A DNA stretch of 64,000 nucleotides, taken from positions 1 to 64,000 of the IMG/VR virus record IMGVR_UViG_3300005805_000074; one strand, written 5' to 3'. Under the pieces are notes generated by a model. The model saw nothing but the letters and a program-made list of their open reading frames with translations. It did no database searches and was not told the DNA's origin. Position numbers and translations under genes: made by a program. This document shows positions 27,237 through 37,381 of the stretch, piece after piece. This DNA is from a virus (Duplodnaviria > Caudoviricetes). Every line of letters begins with the position of its first letter. Positions within the stretch are counted from its first letter, which is position 1.

Positions 27237-27578
27237 CTATTTCCAAAGTAAACTGACAAGAATTATGGTTAATGCAAGAAGTAATTGAACAAAGGTTTTT
27301 CCCGTAAACGGTTGACCAAAATGGTACGGATATAATATAGCAGCAACTATAATTCCTGTCACGAAGAACAAGAAACGGTTGGACCACATTTCCCCATTAA
27401 ATGCCTTAACACCATAATGAGATGCGGTTATCCACACAAACGCAGAAATAGAACCCAGTAAATATGGCCATGGAGTTTTAATCCAGTTTGGATTTTTAAA
27501 CTGCCAATACATTATGTACCAATGTGTGAATGACCCCACAAAGAACAATCCAAACGAATAAAGTAAATTAATTATCAT
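27237..27578 (-). CDS. Small multi-pass membrane protein
   Basis: About four hydrophobic segments in 113 aa. Confidence 0.65.
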   Translation of the reverse strand: MIINLLYSFGLFFVGSFTHWYIMYWQFKNPNWIKTPWPYLLGSISAFVWITASHYGVKAFNGEMWSNRFLFFVTGIIVAAILYPYHFGQPFTGKTFVQLLLALTIILVSLLWK

Positions 27579-28216
27579 ATATAGTCCTTATATATTTTTT
27601 GCTGTCGTAAATCTTTGTACAACCAACTACCACCTACAGACGGATTATTGTCTTTAATTTTTCCAGAATGAAATATTTCTAGTCCTCGTTTTGCTTGTTC
27701 TGGGGTCATGTACATATGCCACCCAATACATTCAAACTCATCCTCAGTATACATGGTATATTTATGCCGTCCATCGTATATCATAGGCCGAGCCCAGTTT
27801 TCAAACTTTTCATCATTTGTTAATATCATTCCACCCGTTCCTATGTTTATTATTTTTTTAAGGTGAAATGATAATATCATAAATTTATCTTCGTAACCAA
27901 CTGACATATTTTTCCATAATCCTGTCGCGGCATCTACTATGGGTGTTCCACCCAATTCATAGATACCGTCCCATTCATAATCTTCAAACTTAAGTTTATT
28001 ACCACTTAGTATGATTTGATTAGGTACAGAAACATAAGTTCTCGCTGGAACTATAATGGTTTCATTTATTATATTAAGATAGTGTAGTACTAATCGTATA
28101 GCATTGGTGTTAGAGTCGCACGCTACCGCGTGTTTATACCCCGTGTAACTTTTCAACTCATTTTCAAAATGAGTTACCCAATCCCACGAATCAGTTACCA
28201 AGTATTTCTTTAGCAT
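27575..28216 (-). CDS. DegT/DnrJ/EryC1/StrS PLP aminotransferase (short form)
   Basis: AVACDSNTNA, VPARTYVSV, VDAA and SFHLKKIINIGTGGMI motifs. Confidence 0.85.
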   Translation of the reverse strand: MLKKYLVTDSWDWVTHFENELKSYTGYKHAVACDSNTNAIRLVLHYLNIINETIIVPARTYVSVPNQIILSGNKLKFEDYEWDGIYELGGTPIVDAATGLWKNMSVGYEDKFMILSFHLKKIINIGTGGMILTNDEKFENWARPMIYDGRHKYTMYTEDEFECIGWHMYMTPEQAKRGLEIFHSGKIKDNNPSVGGSWLYKDLRQQKIYKDYI

Positions 28217-29393
28217 TTCTATTTATTGTTTCGTAGTTAGTAGATTTTAAAACACTCATCAACACATAATGATTTCTCAGTAATCTAGGCGCATTGTTCC
28301 AATAGAACTCATGTAATTCTTTATAAGACATATTTTTTATGATTCCTAGATTTTTATCTAGTGACGAATATAATTCACTTCTACTATTTACTGGTGTATT
28401 GTCAAACAAGTCATCAAACATATCAAATCCAAGACTTCTCAAATATTCAACTAAACTAGGTTGTCCGAATATTAAAGGAATGTTATATGCTGCGAATGCC
28501 TTGAATGATTTTTCAGATAAAGAAACTAAATTTGTGTTTTCAAAATAATTTGTTTCTGAATTTATTGATATGTAACTTTGCATCGCATATGTCGGTGGAA
28601 TTATAAACGGTGTTTCAAATAATCCAGGTTTATAATATCCATCATAAGTTTCTAACAGATGAGGAATCTCAAAAGTAGATAATTCTCGTTCTAACTCCTC
28701 AACTGATATATTTAACCACTCGGCGGTTTCTTGTATTTTTTCTGGTTGTTTCAGGTATCCAGTAAAATCTAGATACGAAACAAATCCATCATTAAGTAGA
28801 TTATGTTTATTGAGTAATTGATATGCTAAAAATCTAAAAGGCTTATGCACCCCAGTAAAAAAGTTATATTTTTTATATCTTCTAATTTTGTGATGCATAC
28901 GATGCATACTTTCTATCATTCCCATATTTTTTTGTAAGTATAAATTTACCATATAATATGGAAATACTTTGTTACGTAACTGTTTCGCATCACTAGTGGT
29001 AAATGAATTTATTATGTATGCGGCGTTCTGCAGTTCGGCGGTTCTACTGTTTAACAATAATGTGAAATCTAATTCATCATAAAAAAATATAAAAAATATA
29101 TTAGGGTATCTTTTACATAAATCTTCATCGTAATTAATTAGTTTAGCCTTGTATGTGAAACAGTCGAAATCGCAAGCAAATATTTTAATATCTGGGTTTT
29201 CTTGTAATATTTTTTCCACAGTTTCTACATCTATCCGTTCTTCATCATTGTGTATATGATGCACTTTTGTTGGTTGGTCTTTAAACAAAAAATCTGTAAT
29301 AACATATTCCAAGTTTACATACTGGAATGGTCGGTCTACCATATCTTTAAAGTAATTAAACTTCATCTTGTTTCTATTTAAAACATATATCAT
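28191..29393 (-). CDS. GT10-like (GT-B) glycosyltransferase paralogue 1
   Basis: SINSETNYF...LSEKSFKAF...PLIFG...LRSLGFDMFDD motif. Confidence 0.55.
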   Translation of the reverse strand: MIYVLNRNKMKFNYFKDMVDRPFQYVNLEYVITDFLFKDQPTKVHHIHNDEERIDVETVEKILQENPDIKIFACDFDCFTYKAKLINYDEDLCKRYPNIFFIFFYDELDFTLLLNSRTAELQNAAYIINSFTTSDAKQLRNKVFPYYMVNLYLQKNMGMIESMHRMHHKIRRYKKYNFFTGVHKPFRFLAYQLLNKHNLLNDGFVSYLDFTGYLKQPEKIQETAEWLNISVEELERELSTFEIPHLLETYDGYYKPGLFETPFIIPPTYAMQSYISINSETNYFENTNLVSLSEKSFKAFAAYNIPLIFGQPSLVEYLRSLGFDMFDDLFDNTPVNSRSELYSSLDKNLGIIKNMSYKELHEFYWNNAPRLLRNHYVLMSVLKSTNYETINRNAKEILGN

Positions 29394-29599
29394 TTTACAT
29401 ATCTCCCATACTTTATATTACTCCATACTCTTTCAAAGAAATAAAATGCAAAGAATCCAGTTATATTCATGTAGATAGCATTTAATAAATTACTATCTGT
29501 CAAGTGTATGGTTAGTATCAAAAATGAATTTAGTACCGCGACCAATCTCCAACTAATAGTTTTAATTATAGTTCTTTTTTTAGTTTCTACTATTGTCAT
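29390..29599 (-). CDS. DUF2061-like small membrane protein (second copy)
   Basis: KTISWRLVA...FYFFERVW pattern. Confidence 0.75.
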   Translation of the reverse strand: MTIVETKKRTIIKTISWRLVAVLNSFLILTIHLTDSNLLNAIYMNITGFFAFYFFERVWSNIKYGRYVK

Positions 29600-30309
29600 A
29601 AAAACTTCAACTTTTTTATAATATCCTCATAAAACATAGACTGTGCAACAGTAGTTAAATGAAAATCTCCCTTTAATATCGCTACTTCTCTACCTAATTT
29701 TGATATAGTATATTCTGCCATACCACCGTGTTCATTAAATCTCCAAAAATTTTCATCGTATATTAAATCTAATACTTGTTTGTGTTGTGCTTCTATTTCG
29801 GGTGTAATTTGTTCCCATCCCCAAAACATTGTATAAGGTATGTTCTTACTTTCCAACATACATTTAGTTAAAAATATTTGATATAACGAGTAGGTATAAA
29901 AATGAGATGATACAGTGTTTAATGTATCAGTAACCCAATCCTCTTTGTTACCATTAACAATATATTCATTTGAATAAGGTAAGAATTGTAATTCTGTTTG
30001 TCGTATAACTTTTTCAATAAATTTGGTTTCGCTCAGCGCATACGCTCTAGTTATACCTGACCATTGTATTATTACATGGTCGATATCAAAATTATATTTG
30101 ATTAATTCTCTTACTATGGATTGTGAAATCATTCCTTGTCCAAATGAACTTTGGGCAGTGTTTATAATGTTAAATTTGTTACTAAAATCTCTCTCAAATA
30201 CATCAGTCCATGAAGTCCATAGTGGAGTAACATTTCCTGTAGGGAATCCTGTGTGTTGTGAAAACGAACACCCACCTATTAAAATTTTTTTCTTCATTGG
30301 TTTATCCAT
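29596..30309 (-). CDS. SGNH/GDSL-like protein
   Basis: GGCSFSQ block I and GDFHLT block V. Confidence 0.6.
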   Translation of the reverse strand: MDKPMKKKILIGGCSFSQHTGFPTGNVTPLWTSWTDVFERDFSNKFNIINTAQSSFGQGMISQSIVRELIKYNFDIDHVIIQWSGITRAYALSETKFIEKVIRQTELQFLPYSNEYIVNGNKEDWVTDTLNTVSSHFYTYSLYQIFLTKCMLESKNIPYTMFWGWEQITPEIEAQHKQVLDLIYDENFWRFNEHGGMAEYTISKLGREVAILKGDFHLTTVAQSMFYEDIIKKLKFL

Positions 30310-31283
30310 CCTTTATTTACTAAATTTTTATATATGGTGTCGGCGATTAATTTCATACCAAGTGGTCCGGCGTGGCTACCATCTGCGTTCCATTCTGTTT
30401 GGTGTGGTTTGAATTGATATAAACTCCATAATACAACATCATCTATTTTATATTTTATGTCTATAGAATCAAATATCCAACCTACTTGTATATTTTTGAA
30501 GTCATATATCATCACATCATCAACATCAATACCAATCGTATTAGTTGACCAAAATTCTTTTACCATTTCGTATTCATCATTGGTGTCATAATAATTTGTA
30601 AAATTCAATTTATATGACAGAAATGGAGAATATCCGTCAACAATTATGTGGTCTAAATTTAAACTTTTAAGAAACAAATGAAACGAATAAATTCTCAATC
30701 CCCAATGTAGCATCAATTCTTGAAATTGTTCGTGAATATAAGGAGGATATATATGATGGAATTCTCCTAACTTCCAATCGTGTCGAGAATTAGGATAATG
30801 TTTATGCTCTGGAAAATATATTAATTTACTATCTACATTCTCTCCTTCCGTCCATGCGCCTATATACTGTCTAGATTGTCCTATTTTCGGCCACCATTTT
30901 GGTTTATTTTGTATATTACTATATTTTTCCCAGTCATAGTATCCTTGTGCAGAAATCACAACCTTTGATGCATATTTAATATTCCACTTTTCCCATATGT
31001 CAGTTCTACATATGGCAATTTCGTTATAATTTACTCGTCTTTCTAGGGCGGACTTTTGTAAAATAAAGAAGCATTCATTAATTATATCTTTGTTATTATT
31101 GATAAACGAAGTTATGGCAGTTTCTACCGCATACCATCCAGAACCAGGAGAGGCTAAGCTTATTAATTTTAGTCCTAATTTGTCCGCTAAAAGTTTTCCA
31201 TATACTTTATCTTCTGGACAACCTTGACCATATGTTTGTGAGCATCCCGCCACAACTAAATATTTATATTTTTTCATTACCAA
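30294..31283 (-). CDS. SGNH/GDSL-like protein
   Basis: AGCSQTYG, LASPGSG and DGSHAG motifs. Confidence 0.6.
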   Translation of the reverse strand: MVMKKYKYLVVAGCSQTYGQGCPEDKVYGKLLADKLGLKLISLASPGSGWYAVETAITSFINNNKDIINECFFILQKSALERRVNYNEIAICRTDIWEKWNIKYASKVVISAQGYYDWEKYSNIQNKPKWWPKIGQSRQYIGAWTEGENVDSKLIYFPEHKHYPNSRHDWKLGEFHHIYPPYIHEQFQELMLHWGLRIYSFHLFLKSLNLDHIIVDGYSPFLSYKLNFTNYYDTNDEYEMVKEFWSTNTIGIDVDDVMIYDFKNIQVGWIFDSIDIKYKIDDVVLWSLYQFKPHQTEWNADGSHAGPLGMKLIADTIYKNLVNKGWINQ

Positions 31284-31681
31284 CTAATCTCCCAGTCTTT
31301 AAAATCTGCAGCTAGGCAGTCAATCTTGTAATCTTTTCGACCACCGACAATTTCCTGAATTTTATTCTTTGCGGTATTACGAATACCATTTAGTCCGTGT
31401 GTAAGTTCAAGATTGTTTCCATCCTTGATACCCTTACGATAGTTTGATTCGTTGTGCCAAATATGTAGATTCATCTGTGAAAGAACTACGATAGCACGAA
31501 TGGTTTCTGCAGTAATCTTTCCATCTTGACTATCAAGTAAAAGTTGAATATCATGAACAATATCTTCTATTTCTTTGGCGTATTCTGCTTTATGTTCAGG
31601 AATGAATACTTCTTTTAATTGAACAATAGATAATCTATCTACTAGTTCTGATAATGTTGGTAAATACTTTCTGTCTGTCAT
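31277..31681 (-). CDS. Conserved helical phage protein (DUF6165-like)
   Basis: TLSELVDRLSIVQLKE...N..R...KNKI pattern. Confidence 0.6.
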   Translation of the reverse strand: MTDRKYLPTLSELVDRLSIVQLKEVFIPEHKAEYAKEIEDIVHDIQLLLDSQDGKITAETIRAIVVLSQMNLHIWHNESNYRKGIKDGNNLELTHGLNGIRNTAKNKIQEIVGGRKDYKIDCLAADFKDWEISW

Positions 31682-31688
31682 AAATTTC

Positions 31689-33314
31689 TCACTTTATTAT
31701 AATAAAATTGTTTAGTACTAAAACGCCAATATCGGTATTCATAAATGTATCGTATGCCATACGTGGTGTCAATACCATAGTTTGACCCCGTACATTAAAT
31801 GATGTGTTTAATAAAATGGGGGGATTGTCCGTACTTTCTGAGAACTTAGTAAGTAGTTTATGAATAGTTGGATTTTCTTCTCTGGTTACACTTTGTATTC
31901 TTGCTGTCCCATCTACATTTGATACTTCCTTTAATAAATTTCTATGTTCTTTTTTAACTTCAACTACTTGGTTCATATATGGAACATATTCCTTTTCTTT
32001 AAAATATACTGGTTGCATATCGAATCTAACCATTGGTGCAAATGGACGGAATCCTTCTCTTTTTTTGATAATACTATTTACTTTATCTCTGGTACCGTCA
32101 ATGAATGGATTTGCTAAAATTGACCGATGCCCTAACGCACGGGCACCAAATTCAGACTTACCCCGTACCCACCCAATAACCTTTCCCTTTTGTAATTCCT
32201 TAGATACTATTTCATATAATGTGGCGTCACTAACCTTTGTTAGCTTTACATCTGGTAACTGATTAATAATATCTTCATCAGAATACTCTGGTCCTAGGAA
32301 TGGTGTTTCTTTTATACGAGAAACATTTTTACTATGTAAGTACCCCAATACCGCACCGATAGATGACCCTGCATCAGATGGAGCAGGTGGTATCCATAAT
32401 TCTGTGAATGGTGTGTACTTTTTAATTTTTCCGTTTGCTACACCATTATATGCACACCCACCACCCAAACATAAATTTCTGATGTCGGTTTCTTGTGAAA
32501 TTTTATTTAATAAACTAAATAGTTGTTCTTCATATACTCGTTGGACTGCAGCGGCAATATCTTTATGAATCGGTAATATTTCTTCTTCTGGTAATCGATT
32601 TGATATACCTAATGCAGTAGATAAAGTCTCATTGAACATTATTTTATTGGACTTGTCCCAAATGAAATGGTTCATATTTAATTTCTTTACCACATCATAA
32701 TATTTTGATGAGTCACCGAACCCAGCCAATCCCATCAACTTATATTCCCCATTATTTGGTTTAAACCCAAGGAACGAGGTCATAGTGGAGTAAAATAGTC
32801 CCAATGACTGTGGGTATTTCATCAAAGGTTTGAATGTAAACTTACCATTTTTTACAATTGCTACCACAACAGTGTCGGTTTCACCAACACCATCGACAGA
32901 AACCACAACAGCATCATCAAACTTTGATGTATAATAAGAGTAGTATAAATGTGAATGATGGTGTGGCTGATAATAAATGTTTTTCCCAAGTTCTTTCTTT
33001 AGAAGTTGGGTATTATTATACAATGATATTAATGAGTCTTTAGTAAATGAAACAGATGAGATGGGATTTCTGATATAGTTTTTAATAATTCTGCTTAGTT
33101 TTAATCGTGGGGTTTCGTAAAAGCAGAATTTCTCTATTTCATCCAATCGTATGTTATAAGTGTCCAGTATGTATCTTAGTCCGTTATACGGAAAGGATGA
33201 ATCGTGCTTCTTACCTGTGAACCTTTCTTCTTCACATGCAAAAACCAATTCACCGTTTTTGAACAAACAAATAGACGAATCGTGATAGAAACACGATATT
33301 CCAATTATGTACAT
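31689..33314 (-). CDS. O-carbamoyltransferase (NodU/CmcH/TobZ family)
   Basis: GISCFYHDSS, HHHSH, VDGVGE, GEYKLMGLA, GGCAYN, EFGARALGHRSILA, FRPFAP and LNTSFN motifs. Confidence 0.95.
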   Translation of the reverse strand: MYIIGISCFYHDSSICLFKNGELVFACEEERFTGKKHDSSFPYNGLRYILDTYNIRLDEIEKFCFYETPRLKLSRIIKNYIRNPISSVSFTKDSLISLYNNTQLLKKELGKNIYYQPHHHSHLYYSYYTSKFDDAVVVSVDGVGETDTVVVAIVKNGKFTFKPLMKYPQSLGLFYSTMTSFLGFKPNNGEYKLMGLAGFGDSSKYYDVVKKLNMNHFIWDKSNKIMFNETLSTALGISNRLPEEEILPIHKDIAAAVQRVYEEQLFSLLNKISQETDIRNLCLGGGCAYNGVANGKIKKYTPFTELWIPPAPSDAGSSIGAVLGYLHSKNVSRIKETPFLGPEYSDEDIINQLPDVKLTKVSDATLYEIVSKELQKGKVIGWVRGKSEFGARALGHRSILANPFIDGTRDKVNSIIKKREGFRPFAPMVRFDMQPVYFKEKEYVPYMNQVVEVKKEHRNLLKEVSNVDGTARIQSVTREENPTIHKLLTKFSESTDNPPILLNTSFNVRGQTMVLTPRMAYDTFMNTDIGVLVLNNFIIIK

Positions 33315-34027
33315 CCAACCTCCTTTAACAAAAACTCAGCCCACAACTTGTGTGAGGCTTTATCTGGGTGTTTTCTCGGAAGAAATTTACCTCCATTCTC
33401 CTTTATATAATTATACATCGTTTGACTTCTAAATGAGTTTGGAGTCCTTTTTAACAGAGATTTTAGAGATATTTGGTGTTTTTCCCTTCCAAACATATCG
33501 ATTTTGTTGGTAGGTTCTGGAATATTTTCATACTCATAGAACACATTAAAAAAATAATATGGAATTTTATTTACCTCAAGAAATGAGCTTAAACCAATCA
33601 CATGATTTAAAGTTCTGAGGTACGAAGGGATTACTTCAGTTTGGTGTAAAACGAATTCATCTTCCGTAGTTCTATGTTCATCTGGGTCACCCCATTTATC
33701 GTACCCCACCCATAATCTTTCTTGTATATATTTTTGTCCATCCCACCATTCAAGACGAGTGGGGGCAGTCCAACCAACGATAACGAATACATCGTTAGAT
33801 TGCACCCACCCCGATTCTTCACTCCATATTTCTTTTGTGTCCAACCAATGTGACATATCTCTTATAGTTTGACGATAAATGTAATCATTGGAAACACCAG
33901 ATGACGCATTATTACAGTCTATTCTTTTTGTTAGACTTGCTAGTACTGCCGAAAATCTTTCTTCTGTCTTGTTTTCCAATTCGGACCCCCACTCAGTAGA
34001 GGAACCATTCGTATATAAAACTTTCAT
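33305..34027 (-). CDS. SGNH/GDSL-like protein
   Basis: YTNGSSTEWG, SGVSND, WT...RLE and KHPD motifs. Confidence 0.65.
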   Translation of the reverse strand: MKVLYTNGSSTEWGSELENKTEERFSAVLASLTKRIDCNNASSGVSNDYIYRQTIRDMSHWLDTKEIWSEESGWVQSNDVFVIVGWTAPTRLEWWDGQKYIQERLWVGYDKWGDPDEHRTTEDEFVLHQTEVIPSYLRTLNHVIGLSSFLEVNKIPYYFFNVFYEYENIPEPTNKIDMFGREKHQISLKSLLKRTPNSFRSQTMYNYIKENGGKFLPRKHPDKASHKLWAEFLLKEVGCT

Positions 34028-34028
34028 A

Positions 34029-36116
34029 TTATCGTAATATCTTTCCACTTAATTGTTCCCAAAATTTTAATTCTGTTTCATTAGGGTCACCAAAAATAAT
34101 ACTCATTAATAATTTTTTATTATGTTCGATATAATGATAATGTTCTTTTCTAAAATTATTTAATGTTTCTATGGAGTTAATCGTAGCAAATCTTGCTATG
34201 ATAGAAGCGGCTATAGCATTATCTTTGTTTGTGTTTGTTAGGTAATCTATATTAAAAAGTTTTTTAAGATAACTAAAATCAAATCCAATTCTTTCTAAAT
34301 TTCTATAAAACAGTCCATCCCAAGTAATAAACACAAATGTTTCACTAAGTATTGCCAACAACGATTTTTCACTAAACTGTTGGTTTTGAAAATTTTCGAA
34401 GTTGGTTACATCAACATAATCACCATGTTCTGTTTCATTAACAATCGAGAATATAGATTGTTTATGATGGTCTAACACAGAAGTAAGTAACTGCGCAATT
34501 TCAGTATAATCTCGTTTAATATGATACTTTTCTGATGTATCTGTATGCCACGGTAACCCTATTTCTCTATATTTTGAAATATCAAAGTTAAAATCTGGTG
34601 GTGGTATTAAAGGTAGTTGTGGTTGTTCCTGCAACCAAGCATCTTCTATCATAGAAATAATGTTTTCATTCTTTAACAGATTGTGGTCTTTATATTCATT
34701 TAATAAATTATCAAATACTCGAAGTCTGTGAATACTTACTTTATTGTTTAACATAGTTATTTTTTTATTTCTATAATCATCCTTAAAACATTTTACATTT
34801 ACTTTATTTAATTCTTGAAATATTCTGAATTTTACTTCCAACGGTACGAAGTTTGTAGAAGGATAATCGGTTGCATTGGTATCTATATACCAAATCTGTG
34901 ACGGATTAATATTAAATTCATTTTTTATAAACTTAAGAAATTCTACGAACACTTTTGAATGTACTCTCTCATGTTTTAATACTAAAAGAAATCTTTTATT
35001 TTCTGTAACTATTTCTTTTAGCCAACCACACTCTCTGTTAATACTTTCTGTAAATTTCTTTGTGTTTTCTTGTAGTTTGTCTTTACCGTCCATAATAACT
35101 TGTCGGTAAGCAAAAATATGAAATTCTTCTAAATAAATAAAATCGGCTTGGTCTGGATTATCTACACGTTGAAATTCTATGGGTAGGTAGTTTGTAAGAT
35201 TAAAGTCTTTCTCGAAATTTGGTATTTGTACAGGACAAAAATATTTTATTGTATTATTATGTTTTATATAGTTAATAATTTTATCCGCAACAATTTGATT
35301 ACCAAAGTAACCAATGTGATTATCATTATTATCTATTTCATTACGTATCAAAAGTTTTTTATCTTCCGCATATGTCCATATACCTACATTATTGTTTACT
35401 TTATTTGGTTCTTGTTCATTAAAAGCATAGTTCAAATCACATTTTTTTGGAATTATTTTTCTGAAATGTCGTAGTCGTGGATTGCCGGGTTTACCTCCAT
35501 CTTGAAAAAATTCATGATGTGCTTCCGGTAAGGATACTAAATAATCTATATTTCTACTGTTTAGGAACTCTAAAAATATTGCTAAACGTCTTAATTCTGC
35601 TTGATACTGCTCATCCGCGTCAAAGAAATTAAGAAGATGTTGATTAATAATTGTTTTATATTTTTCATTCCAGTTTATTTGTTCATCCTTATCATCAACA
35701 TACCAATCTTTAACCAACATAAAATCATATTCATCACCTTTCTTATGAGCATTTAGTACCCCATAATCTTGCCACTCAAAAACATAATAGTCTAAACGAA
35801 CTCCTACTTGTGGTTCAAGTAAAAAAATAGTCTGGTCCACCTTATCTTTGTTTGCCATTATCCATATAAAAGTGGTACGTATTAGTCTATCTATACCACT
35901 TCCACTTTTGGCATCGTTTATAAGTTCAAGATTTAATTTTTTTGCGACAAAATGTGGATATGAACACTCAACCTGTGCCTCTGGAAGTTTAGTGTTAGGA
36001 TATTTTTTTTCGTATAGTTGACGAACATTCTGTCTGTGTTCCATGCGTTCAAAACCACCACCTGCGGTTACAGAAGATCCGTTTGCGTACAAATATTTTT
36101 TCTTATATAAGTTCAT
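34029..36116 (-). CDS. Fusion of an SGNH-like domain and a GT10-like glycosyltransferase domain (paralogue 2)
   Basis: N-terminal ANGSSVTAG...NNHIG. C-terminal ITMLNNKVSIHRL...SIVNET...FSEKS...LERIGFDF. Confidence 0.6.
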   Translation of the reverse strand: MNLYKKKYLYANGSSVTAGGGFERMEHRQNVRQLYEKKYPNTKLPEAQVECSYPHFVAKKLNLELINDAKSGSGIDRLIRTTFIWIMANKDKVDQTIFLLEPQVGVRLDYYVFEWQDYGVLNAHKKGDEYDFMLVKDWYVDDKDEQINWNEKYKTIINQHLLNFFDADEQYQAELRRLAIFLEFLNSRNIDYLVSLPEAHHEFFQDGGKPGNPRLRHFRKIIPKKCDLNYAFNEQEPNKVNNNVGIWTYAEDKKLLIRNEIDNNDNHIGYFGNQIVADKIINYIKHNNTIKYFCPVQIPNFEKDFNLTNYLPIEFQRVDNPDQADFIYLEEFHIFAYRQVIMDGKDKLQENTKKFTESINRECGWLKEIVTENKRFLLVLKHERVHSKVFVEFLKFIKNEFNINPSQIWYIDTNATDYPSTNFVPLEVKFRIFQELNKVNVKCFKDDYRNKKITMLNNKVSIHRLRVFDNLLNEYKDHNLLKNENIISMIEDAWLQEQPQLPLIPPPDFNFDISKYREIGLPWHTDTSEKYHIKRDYTEIAQLLTSVLDHHKQSIFSIVNETEHGDYVDVTNFENFQNQQFSEKSLLAILSETFVFITWDGLFYRNLERIGFDFSYLKKLFNIDYLTNTNKDNAIAASIIARFATINSIETLNNFRKEHYHYIEHNKKLLMSIIFGDPNETELKFWEQLSGKILR

Positions 36117-36122
36117 AACTAC

Positions 36123-36251
36123 TTAGTGTTTATATACAAACGGGTCGCGTTTTTTTAATTCTTCTAATTTTTGTTTATACAACTTTTCTAATCTCTTTTT
36201 ATTTTGTTTTTCTTTATATTTCTGGTATATTTTTTTAATTATACTAATCAT
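36123..36251 (-). CDS. Small basic protein ending KKRDPFVYKH (not in the supplied ORF track)
   Basis: 42-aa ORF MISIIKKIYQKYKEKQNKKRLEKLYKQKLEELKKRDPFVYKH with a GAGGAG SD 6 nt upstream. Fills an intergenic gap exactly. Confidence 0.7.
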   Translation of the reverse strand: MISIIKKIYQKYKEKQNKKRLEKLYKQKLEELKKRDPFVYKH

Positions 36252-36261
36252 TTTCATCTCC

Positions 36262-37377
36262 TCATATAAGTTCATTATCTAGCATAAAGTTTTTCAATAT
36301 TGAGTAACCTTCTAATTTTAAACTTTCACATAAAATATTATTTCTAATAAACCTTGTGTGATTTTTTTCATAAAAATCTAGTAAATCCATCTTCATTACA
36401 TTTTCTAGTTCATCAACTGCTTTTTTGATTCGTTTTACATTGTCAAGTTCATTATCGTAATCATGATTTATGATATCATCAAACAAATCAAAACCTAAAC
36501 TTCGTAATGTAGATACATAACCAGGCATAGAAATATAAATTGGTATTTGATGTAATTTAAACGGACGCCACGCCTTTTCTGTAACTGTGACTGTGTTTAT
36601 ATGTGTTATTCCACAATCTATACTTGCAACATTTTCAGTAACTAACGCTAACACCTTTTTACAGGAACTATCATTTAATACTAAACTAGGAATTAGACCA
36701 TCTTCTCCACGCAATTTAATTGGTAACTTATTTTTTAAATTTTCTAAAATAGGTAAATCATTCTTTGAGTATATATCATTCTCAATCATTGAGGAGTATA
36801 AATCATAGTCTGTTGAATTACCATGTGAGTAAAATAAAAAGGAAATGTCGTTATTTTTATTTTCGTCTAATAAATTTCGTTTTACTAATTCTAACAATAG
36901 TAAAATTCTGTGTGTTCTTATTCTTCCATTTAAACAACAAAACCCGTTTTCTTTATCGTAAGCATTGGCATAATCTATTATATAATTTTGTTTATTTTTA
37001 CTATAAGAAAAGTTTTCAAAATATGCTAAGAGTGATAATTTAAAAGAAGAACAGACTTTTACATTTTTACCAAAATTATGTTCAACTTCACTGTCTACAA
37101 TTAAATAAAACGGTATTTCTGAGTGTTTCTCGGTCAATTCACTAAAGTATATTATGAAGTCATCTATACAACCGCTCTCTGTCACTATATTGACTATTAC
37201 TTTAGTATTTTCGTGTAGATACTGAATAACATTATCAAAGTTATCCTGTATATTATCGCGTGAAAGTATAACTATGTCAAATTTTCCAGTTGGAGAATCA
37301 TGTATAGTTTTTACTTTTGTAAAAAATGTTGGTAATAATTCTGGTACTATACTTCCATAATCTAGAACTTTTTTCAT
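36262..37377 (-). CDS. GT10-like glycosyltransferase paralogue 3
   Basis: CLNGRIRTHR...LVTEN...VTEKAWRPF...IPIY...LRSLGFDLFDD motif. Confidence 0.55.
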   Translation of the reverse strand: MKKVLDYGSIVPELLPTFFTKVKTIHDSPTGKFDIVILSRDNIQDNFDNVIQYLHENTKVIVNIVTESGCIDDFIIYFSELTEKHSEIPFYLIVDSEVEHNFGKNVKVCSSFKLSLLAYFENFSYSKNKQNYIIDYANAYDKENGFCCLNGRIRTHRILLLLELVKRNLLDENKNNDISFLFYSHGNSTDYDLYSSMIENDIYSKNDLPILENLKNKLPIKLRGEDGLIPSLVLNDSSCKKVLALVTENVASIDCGITHINTVTVTEKAWRPFKLHQIPIYISMPGYVSTLRSLGFDLFDDIINHDYDNELDNVKRIKKAVDELENVMKMDLLDFYEKNHTRFIRNNILCESLKLEGYSILKNFMLDNELI

Positions 37378-37381
37378 TTTA

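Noticed and set aside
27235-27387. N-terminal extensions in the ORF track (also 22711-22776, 9104-9148, 1198-1218)
   Set aside because: They overlap upstream genes in another frame. Downstream ATGs abut the upstream stop codons or have SDs and match the expected domain starts.
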